From NCBI RefSeq assembly GCF_964204865.1, contig NC_135263.1:13454001-13518000 (forward strand): 64,000 bases of DNA, written 5' to 3'. Under the pieces are notes generated by a model. That model worked only from the letters and a program-made list of their open reading frames with translations, made no database searches and was not told where the DNA came from. This document shows positions 55,001-64,000 of this stretch, one piece after another. How positions within the stretch are numbered: the stretch's first letter is position 1; each line of letters starts with the position of its first letter. The DNA is from Styela clava (lineage: Eukaryota). The position numbers were made by a program, and so were the translations under genes.

Positions 55001-56922
55001 TCTCCAATATTATTTCGTTTCATGACGCATCAAATAATGTGATTTTACATATTTTTTACGAGTCAAATAGAATGAAAAGATTGCACATTCGGAAGGGTAT
55101 AATCAATAGGCTATATGAAACAGACAAAATATTGGTTATTATTATTGAAAAATATTAAAATACTGTATAATTCAAAATGTTCACCTGTTAATGTAAACAT
55201 TATAACCACAATTTTATTTTAGATTTTATGCGTGCATAAATCAGGTCCAAAAACCAGTCTGGTTGTTGTTAGAACCCTCCAGGCTTTAATTATTTGAAAA
55301 ATTAATATAAACCATACACGTTAGTACTCATAGACATAAAGAAAACAATAAAATTTAATGCTATAAAACCTTAGGCGGTCTATTTGAGCAATGTACAAAA
55401 ATATACAAAGAAAGAAGCATATTCCCTATGCATTACATATATTACAAATAGTTCAGAATTTTTGAGTTATTTTGAAGAATCCAACAACTCAATAAATTGA
55501 ATACTAAACAGTTTGATTGCAATTACACCATTAGATTAGAACTATTCACCTATATAAGGGATAGCCTATCTACATTAAAATATTTTGGTATATGATGAAT
55601 TTGTTTTCCATTTAATTTTATATGAAAATAAAATCCATATTAATTTATAACATATTTATTTCCACAAAACAAGCCACACTGATGAATATTACGTATACTC
55701 AAAAATTGAATTTTGCTGGTTTTTATGGAGATTGTCACATACCGTAGGATATCTTTTCAGTTAATTCTTATTCCAAGTGATTAAAGATTTTTTGTTCAAT
55801 AAATTATCACAATACGCAAGCAATTTAGAACGATATTTGAAAAAATGACATTGGTTTTGCTGGTAAGGAATGCGAACTACTTGTAGGTACTCATAAGACG
55901 TCAGACGTGTAATTTCAATTGAGACTTAATTTTTGTACAATATCCGAATCATTAGAATAAAATAATCATTGACACAAAAGAGGACATCTCCGGACAAAAA
56001 ATAGTAGTTTTATTAACAATTTAGTAGAAAAGATTAAAAAGAACAACAGTGTGGATGGTCCACCTTGGTGGAGTCGTTATTAAATTCATTAACTACTGGT
56101 ACTACCTACCAAAATTCCAGCACAAATTCCACATTTGTTTGTTTTACAACTAAATTCAATTTCCTTTTTGACTGCTCTAGTTGCCAGTATTCCATCAACC
56201 AGAAGTAGGATTGTTAAAATGAACATGAAAGGTGCAATACCATATATAGCGTATTTGAATGCTTGAAACCTGAATAAGAATGAAAATTATTTAATTATAA
56301 TATTCAATATTAATGTTTATCTCTTTAATTAATCTGAAATTGGGAATAGACGAGAGCTTTTGAACAATAATGAAGCATGTTCATATCTCATTAGATCTCG
56401 ATTATTTTCATAGCTAATTTTTATTTCAAATCATTTGCACTGATTCATTAAGCAGCAGAAAACTGGCATATATCAAATATCAATGAAAAATGGTAATAAA
56501 CAGCAGGATTTTACTATAAAATATGAAACTTCACAGAAAAATGACATTAATTTGATAGTAATTATTCTGAATCACTTTTTCCAAATATCAAAGAATTTTA
56601 ATTTTATTGAACCTGAATCGATAAACTTTCCAACTATAATAGTGTTATCTTTGAAAAATTGTAAAAAATATACACTGGAAATTAATACTGTAATAGGGAA
56701 GACAAGTTTTTTCATTGTTCCAACTTACACTTCATCAATATTAGATGTGCCTTGAGAAAATCCGGGAATTTTTGCATCCACCAACACCTTTAATGATAGG
56801 GTGAGAGCTTCATGCCCCGTACCACAGAATAATGCTGTTCCTGCCCAGCAGATAACAAGAGCAATCAAAGATGCCCATGGTACCAGACCAAGACATTTAA
56901 CACAGGATTCAAAGCAACTCAT
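52083..56922 (-). CDS. GPM6: Neuronal membrane glycoprotein M6-like / myelin proteolipid (PLP-DM20) family tetraspan protein, 273 aa
   Basis: Exons in minus-strand order: 56922-56729, 56269-56110, 54834-54672, 53926-53844, 53425-53360, 52238-52083; phases consistent (822 nt). N-terminus MSCFESCVKCLGLVPWASLIA...GTALFCGTGHEAL. Loop CIDFVQAGLMP...KLCG..L..VC. C-terminus HFLMALSANFAYIK...EEMELNDI...RSNERL, like M6a/M6b. The a/b paralog cannot be assigned. Confidence 0.9.
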
Positions 56923-57238
56923 TTTAAATTTTTTTATTATACAGTTATAGCTCTGAATAAAAGTAATTTGTCAATAAGAAATTCTGATACAACCAAATAG
57001 TTTAATCCAGTAATCATCTAATTGAGTAAAAACTTTTTCGAACCACAGAAAACATTTAATATCATATATCAGCATATACAGTTTGCTGAATATCAAATGT
57101 AAATTCCATTATTTCATGTTTCAGATATGAACAATCTAATAATTGTTGAGGTATCGTAAGCCAGTAAGCTGTAGGACAGGGGTTGACAAAGTTTTCTGAG
57201 TGAGGCCCAAATAGTAAAAAATTCCGGGTGTTGTCAAA

Positions 57239-57527
57239 AACTGAATATAACTGAATACAACTGAATACAACTGAACACAACTGAAAACAACTGAATACAA
57301 CTGAATACAAAAACTGAACACAACTGAATACTACCGCACACAACTGAATACACGGCTCGTGGCACGTGACATAAGTTTGAAAATGAATACAACTGAATAT
57401 AACTGAACACAGCTGAATACAACTGAAAACAACTGAAAAAAACTGAATACGACTGAACAGAACTGAAAACAACTGAATACACGCAACGAATACAACTGAA
57501 TATAACTGAACACCACTGAATACAACT
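57239..57527. repeat. 10-bp minisatellite (AACTGAATAC)n in two blocks split by a spacer of about 35 bp
   Basis: Tandem AACTGAA(T/C/A)A(C/T) units, interrupted at about 57352-57385. Confidence 0.9.
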
Positions 57528-57554
57528 CGACAATGGCGCGGGAGGCATAAGATT

Positions 57555-57985
57555 CGTGACGTCATCACTGATTACGTCATAATCGATGATGCGAATTTTG
57601 GAGATAGCCTCTCGAGCAATACATCAAACGTTCCAGAAAGATGAGGCGGTTTCATTACGGTTATTCTTTGCGTGATTGGTGACGTCATTGCTGATTACGT
57701 CATAATTGATATTGCGAATTTTGGAGATAGCCCCTCGAGCAACGCGTCAAACGTTTCAGAAAGATTAGGTGGTTTCATTACGGTTATTCGTGTCATAATT
57801 GGTGACGTCATTACAAATTGCGTCACAATTACAAATGTGCATATTCGAAATATAGTGACGTGCAGTATAATGCACCCTTAATAAAAACGAGATGATTTGA
57901 GTGCGGTAACTTTTGTCGTGATTGATGATATCATCACATATCACATCGTTATCGCCAATGCGAATTTTCGAAATAGCACAGGGAC
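57555..57985. repeat. Degenerate tandem repeat of about 120 bp, 3-4 copies, rich in TGACGTCA/TTACGTCA
   Basis: gtgacgtcat...gattacgtcataat...tgcgaattttggagatagcc...ggtttcattacggttattc recurs near 57557, 57679 and 57802, and weakly near 57920. Confidence 0.75.
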
Positions 57986-58242
57986 AGGTATAGTTCTTAT
58001 GATTCCGAAAACTAGAGGCGATTTCGTTATGACGGTGTTCTCCGACCAGATCCGCCCCTCACCGCCGCGTGTTCGTCTCAACATTTAATTTTTGAACTAT
58101 AATTCATTTTCAAGCAATTTTCAAAATCAATTCATCGCGTCATAATATATTCTATGAAGATCTCATTGTTGAAGAGGGGCCACAAATGTCGTAGCCTGTT
58201 TATTTCTCATCGTCTAGATTCGATCCTGTCTATAGCTTAGGC

Positions 58243-58629
58243 CAGGGGTAGGCAACCTACGGCCCGCGGGACGTATCCGGCCCGCCGAGCAATATAATCC
58301 GGCCCGCGACGCTTCACTGATTTAGACTAAATTATATTATAATCTAACAAGTATATAAATCTCGTTTAATGAGCCTATAATTTTATTATAATTAGACAAA
58401 TGGCAACAAAACGTAGTTGATGCCGAGTCCAAATGGTTTAATGGCGCAGAAAATATTCAAATGATCAGTCTTCGCGCGCTGTTTGAAATTTAACGTCGGA
58501 TCTGTGTGAAAAAGGTGATTCATTGGCCATCCATTCGGTTTTTAACTTTTTTTTAAAATATGTGCGGCCCGCTAATGACTTGCAAGCTTTAATTTTGGCC
58601 CGCGAGCGATAAAAGGTTGCCAACCCCTG
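58243..58629. mobile_element. hAT (Charlie-like) MITE
   Basis: TIRs CAGGGGTAGGCAACCT / AGGTTGCCAACCCCTG (15/16). Subterminal GGCCCG repeats. Flanking direct repeat CTTAGGC (7-9 bp depending on where the boundary is drawn). Confidence 0.85.
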
Positions 58630-58779
58630 CTTAGGCCTACTATTTAACATACTATTGTATTATAATGCGGCTTATTGTGGCATCGGATGTTTACGATAGA
58701 TTGCTTGCAGTCCATTTGCAGATCTGAATATTCGTGTGCACACTAGTAAAGACAGTTCGTTTTCAGTTGTTTGACAGGT

Positions 58780-59440
58780 TTACATATTTATCCCCGGGGA
58801 GAGTAAAGTACAAAAGACGGCTTGATCCTAGGGCTAACCACGACCTCTCGTCCGGTTACCATCCATGTCAGGTGTGGGTTAGTTAGCCAGTTACCGTATT
58901 TGCTCGTTTAATAGCCCGGGCGCTTATTTTTTTTAAACAAACTCACTAACCTGGCCCTTATTCAAACCGGCGCTTATTCAAGCAGGAGCGCTTGTTATTT
59001 TTAAAGTGAAATTATACACAAAAATTACGATACCGGTATCTTTGAAGACAAATATTTGACGACATTAATCCTTTTTCCATGTCAAACGCAAATTATTCAC
59101 GTCTTAAGAGTAATTCCTCATAATACGCTTCTTATTTCCTATTGTTCTCTACCACTGAAAAATCAGCTTTCACACCGGGCGGCTATTCAAACGGGCGCTT
59201 AATCAAGACCGGGCGGTTAAACGAGCATATACGGTATTTGTTTTTAGAGGTATGGACTTGATGGTGAAGAAATCCGTAACCGACCAGCGGTAACGTGAAT
59301 AGTGTCGAGGAGTACAGCAACCCTCTCGCATAAAATTAACCTCCGAATGTGATACGGACCTGCAAACCCACGCAGAGGGATCGAAGGTGCGATGTCGAGT
59401 GTATTCCTAACGCTGAGCACGCTGTAGCCTACCGCCTAGC
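58780..59440 (-). mobile_element. Possible SINE-like element interrupted by the TA-MITE
   Basis: GC-richer tract on both sides of the MITE. The minus-strand head has only loose A-box/B-box-like words (gcgtgctcagcgttagg...gcaggtccgtatcac). No second copy seen in the window. Confidence 0.3.
58894..59234. mobile_element. Tc1/mariner-pogo type MITE with TA target duplication
   Basis: TA|CCGTATTTGCTCGTTTAA ... TTAAACGAGCATATACGG|TA; 17/18 TIR match. Confidence 0.85.
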
Positions 59441-60082
59441 TGCAAACCACCCATTATTCCTTGTTAAGTACGGGATTGCTTACGGAAGTGCTGAAGAAGG
59501 ATGTGTTTTGTATTCTAACTAAAGCACTTGGCGATGAATCACTGACACCTGGATTGAATATTTTCGCTTGTTTTAATAATATTACCACATGATCAAATTG
59601 CGAAAATTAGTTCAGTGTCGCATTTGACGCTGAAAACTTGTCTCCGGGGTCACAGGTCACCAGATGTCGTTTCAAACCTCAAACAAGACTTCTGACACTT
59701 CGCCCGCGCAAGGTGTTAGGTTATTTGGATGCTCGTTGGTCTTAGTTCTCCGATGAGATCATAAGCAATAATTTCGTAAGTGGTTTATGCGAGTAGTAAC
59801 CAAGGTATCTTACGACAGGACTACAAATCTGTATCGCTTGCCCTCGGATGAATACCAACCGTTATATGATTGCGACCAAAGCCTTATGTATACAGCACTC
59901 AGCCCTGCTGCCTCTCTGTTACGTGTTAGCCTGTACAATTCTGTTAAATCTGCTTCGTACCAAGCGAAGATTTCATCGAACCTTTCTTTCCCTTGGATGT
60001 ATTAGGTAACTTATGCAATTGATTTAGCTAGACTATTTTTACTGAGAAAGTCCATTCAAGTTGTCACTAAGAACTGAAGGAG

Positions 60083-63000
60083 ATGGATCAATCCAGTGAA
60101 TCACCATGCGGCATATGCTTTAAGAATTGTGCCGAAGGAAGCCACAGCATTTTATGCGAAATATGTGGAAACTGGTTCCACGGCACCTGCGAGAAATTGA
60201 AAGAAGAATCTATCATGGAACTTGGGAACCTCTCGCAAGCATCGTATATATGCAGAAAGTGCTCTTCGGAAGACGATGGTTCATTCGACTTCTTGACTGC
60301 ACTCCATCGCTTACGCAGAGTAAGTAATTCACCGCTCTTCCGTTCTTATAGACCTAATTACAGATTGTGCATCATCCGTCTAGTGTTTTTATAAAGAAAT
60401 TTATTAAAAGTAAAGTCACGCGCACTCGCTCAAAATGTAGGCGCTGATCTCTGAGCAAAGTTACGGACGATCGCTAAATTGCCAAGAGTTACTGAGGCTA
60501 TAAATTATTATTATATTGAGTGCAGTTAGTAAATACGGATTGCCACGAGACGTTAACGCTGTTTATGTCAACACGATGAAAAATAACTATGAAATAATGA
60601 ATTTCCACATGACGGAATTTATTACAAATTTGGGAATGAAAATTGCTTGTCTGATGGATATATTGTTAGTAAAACGGGTGAACACAGTCCATTCGATTAT
60701 GTATAGATTAAGCACAGTATTGATGGGAAAGATTTTACGGAATTTCATTCTCCATAACCATATGACGACTTTTCCCGAAGGTGAAAATGGGATTTTGTGT
60801 CTGTTCCAATCGGTTTGACAAACCCCGGATGGTTCCCGCTCAATGGGGTCAATGTGAATTTTAAAGTATTGTGATGGTGGAAACGCCATTAGGGATGCTT
60901 GATAGCGGAATTAAACATCATTTTCCATAAATTTTGTGATTGGTGATTCACAACTAATCTCCATTTCTATTTCTAGAGTGCCAAGAAGAATTGGGGCATT
61001 TTTTGTGCATGTACAATCAGGGAAAAGCATATCATGCCATATTTCATAAGTCATGAAAAAGATATCACCAAGTACCATACATCCACTGATCGTCACTCAC
61101 TGGACATATTGCGAAAGCATGGACTGGAGAAAGGCAAACGCCCACTTAAGACTACAGCAGATGGTAATTGTCTTTTCAACGCAGTGTCGTTGCTTCTGAA
61201 TGATTCTGAAGATATGGCTAATGAGCTTCGGACAAGAACTTGCATCGAAATGGTCAATAATGAAGACGAATACATTCAGTCTGATATGGGGAGAGTTGTT
61301 TGTCATGTGTCCCCGGACTACCGCGAAGCCTGTGTCGACTGTACTCGTATTGGTGCTTTTTCTTCAGCTTGGACAATAATGGCACTCTCTAACATCATTA
61401 AAAGACAAGTGAACATGCTGTACCCCCCTGTTAATGGGACAAGGGACTTATATCCAAAGTTTCTCAGCAATTGCATCAAGCCTAGAGAAATAGTTGGCGT
61501 AGATCTGTGGATTATGTGGACAACAACAGAACTGACGATGACTTCTGACTGGATTCCAAATCACTTTGTACCACTTGTTGAAGAAACTGAATTTAATCCT
61601 GGTGCTCTCCATTCTACCCCAGTAAAGGAGGCTTTGAATACTATTCCTGACTCTCCAGGCGTTACCCCATTCAAATTTGGAAAACTCAATTTTGATGAAA
61701 CCAGTTCTGATACTAGCATCGGTTTTGACCAGATTAATTTTGAATTTGGTTGGGATATCAGTGACGACAGCGATGACTCTGCTGATGCGTTCGAGCCAAA
61801 AAAGATGAGGGCTACCACACCAATTACCACATCAAGTCCATCTACTGCTTTCGAATCATCAAATGATGAGCGTGAAATACAATTGAGTGGCAGATTTCGT
61901 GCACCCAATGAACTTTACACAACTATGCTGGCAGAGGTTATTGCTGAAAAAGAAATCCCCACTGGTCCGAAAAGCAACATTGGATTCGTGGTACAGTTGG
62001 GAAAAAATAACAAGAGGAATTTTGTTCCAGATGATTGTGGCGCGTGGTGTGGTGTAAAAGCAGGGTCTACCAGAGCATATTTCCTCATTGAAGAAAATGG
62101 CAACCTGAAATTCGTCAGAAAAGATAAAGATGGCTTCTACACAGAGAAAAAGTCCGGGGGAAAATTCAGGAAAGAGCATGTACGGCCAATGCCCGACACC
62201 CAAGATATCCTAATTCTTCATAGAGTTTACAGCAAACTAAAGGCTAACACGAACTATCGAAAACGGGTGTCCTGGTTTCGTGGTTACGATGGTTCCTGCA
62301 TCGGTGAAGGGAAAGCTGTCGTTGAATACCTGGGAGCTTTTCCGAAACAGCCCATGCCTCCCCATGGAAATACAAAACGAAACAAGCGTGAGTATGTAAG
62401 AACACCTCCTGGAGTTGTAAAAAACATCGATGATCATGTGCAGTCGAGGATGTCCACAAGGGAAATCTATAAGAAAATGATTGGCGAAGATTCGATTCAT
62501 GCCCCGAGGGACTATCGACAAGTGAGATATAGGAAAATGCATGCCAAAAAAGACAGTTGGGGTACAGAGGGTTCACGCACTTTCGCTGATGGGGTTCTTG
62601 ATGTGCTAAGCATGGTACAGACAGATGACTTCGTGCGAGAGGCAGCGGTAATCAAAGGTTCCCCACCCTGTGTGATTTTGTATACCAACAATCAGCTCGC
62701 TGATCTCAAGCGAATAGCTTCAACAACAAGTGACAAAACAATTTTGGGTGTTGATCGCACGTTTAACCTTGGTGCCTGTTATGCCACTATAATAGTGTAC
62801 AAGCAGTCGAAAGTTGTAAGAAATAGCACTGGTGAAAATCCTATATTTTTGGGCCCAATTTACCTCCACTGGGATGGAAAATTCACGACATATTGTCACT
62901 TTTTCTCTCACTTGAGCTCCAGGATATCAACCACTGCTTTCACTTCGGAAATTAGGATTGGAAGTGACAACGAGTTTGCTTTAACAAAAGCTCTTGACAA

Positions 63001-63703
63001 GTGTTTTCCGGGAGTTCAGCGGTTTCTATGCACACGACACTTGATCCAAAATGTGCAGCGTTTGTTGCGGACAAAGGGGTCGATTTCCGAAGAGTCGAAA
63101 AAAATGCTGTTATCCTCTCTTTTCGGGGATGATGGAATTGCCAGAGCAGTTTCAAATGAGGAATTTGAAACCAAATCTGTCGAATGCAAAAGGCTTATTT
63201 CAAAGTTCCCCGAAGATATCAAGAGGTATATAACTGCACAGATTATGCCTCTGCTTGCAGAGTACGTTGTCAAACCGAGGAATGGGCTAATGCAAAAAGC
63301 GCTGTGGACCAACAACAATTCTGAGTCGATGAACAACCTCATAAAAGTTGACATTGATTGGAAGCCACAAAAGCTGCCTCAACTAATCAAAAAATTTAAA
63401 GACCATGCTATTTTGCAGTACACAGACATGCGGAGAGCCATTCACGGCAGGGGCAATTATTCCCTAAGTTCAAGGTTCAAAAAGTATTCCTACAGCAATG
63501 CAGTATGGCGAGAGATGGGAGAGGGCCAAAAAGAGAAAATATTTCAAAAATTAATTTTTGAAAAAGACCGTTCCCATATTCCCCTTGAAAACGAAATGGA
63601 AGAAGCGTCGAACCCAGCATTTCTTTGTCCAAGAAAATCGCACATTGCCAGAAAGCCGGGACAAAAGAAGGGAACTAGGGCCGAAAGAGCAGCAAAAAAG
63701 TAG
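60083..63703 (+). CDS. Mutator-like (MULE) DDE transposase fused to an N-terminal PHD finger and a vertnin-like OTU cysteine-protease domain, about 987 aa
   Basis: Exon 60083-60319 ends AGA|gtaagt (phase 0) and encodes a C4HC3 PHD (CGIC...CEIC-x4-H-x2-C...CRKC). Exon 60977-63703 follows ttctag and is in frame with the 889-aa ORF. OTU motifs: ADGNCLFNAVS...W...PNHFVPL. MULE motifs: LGVDRTFNLG (D), GSDNEFAL (D), LCTRH (CxxH), TNNNSESMN (E). AATAAA at 63928-63933. Confidence 0.8.
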
Positions 63704-64000
63704 ATGGAGAGATGTAACGTGGCTCCTATTATGACACAGACTAATATTCACTACACATAGCTTATTCATCCAGTGTTTTTGATGAGCTATCGGACAAAAT
63801 AGTCACTGGCTTCGTGTTTTTATCTTTTATTACAGTTCGTTTGTGTGTTGGTGTTTTAACAGTTCATTGTTTTCACGTTGGTTAGGCTGATGTGTATGCT
63901 TTAATGAACATGTCATTTCTTTGCACGAATAAAACAAAACGTGATGTTACATACTTTTCTTTGCTGTTGTTAAGATAATCATGCTCGCCTTTCAGTTTGT

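Noticed and set aside
57062-57568. Minus-strand ORFs rich in CIQLYSVVFS
   Set aside because: These are translation artefacts of the 10-bp repeat, open in several frames.
60516-60889. Two 100-aa ORFs between the PHD exon and the transposase exon
   Set aside because: They lie in the predicted intron 60320-60976, have no motif, and no convincing in-phase splice sites were found.
1-64000. tRNA, rRNA or other structured RNA genes
   Set aside because: None recognisable by eye. A tRNAscan-SE or Infernal search would be needed to exclude them.

Overview
AT-rich, intron-containing animal genomic DNA. The gene content and compact introns suggest an invertebrate chordate such as an ascidian, but that is inference. 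Five protein-coding loci were reconstructed by hand from splice sites and reading-frame phase. (1) The 3' part of a modular disulfide-rich protein on +, built from tandemly duplicated phase-1 exons: TIL-[trefoil-trefoil-TIL]x3-trefoil-WAP (169-9631). (2) A CRACD/KIAA1211-family gene on + (15590-37911, about 1094 aa) with a probable alternative first coding exon (26329-27099). (3) YIPF6 on - (47711-43288, 216 aa). (4) An M6/proteolipid (GPM6/PLP-DM20 family) gene on - (56922-52083, 273 aa). (5) An uninterrupted Mutator-like (MULE) DDE transposase on + (60083-63703, about 987 aa if spliced as predicted). It carries an in-frame vertnin-like OTU cysteine-protease domain and a predicted spliced N-terminal PHD finger. 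Intergenic and intronic DNA holds Helentron-type non-autonomous elements (one with a paralogous empty site), hAT and Tc1/pogo MITEs with TIRs/TSDs, a hAT transposase relic and several minisatellites. The two most notable items are the PHD-OTU-MULE element and the trefoil/TIL/WAP exon-array protein.
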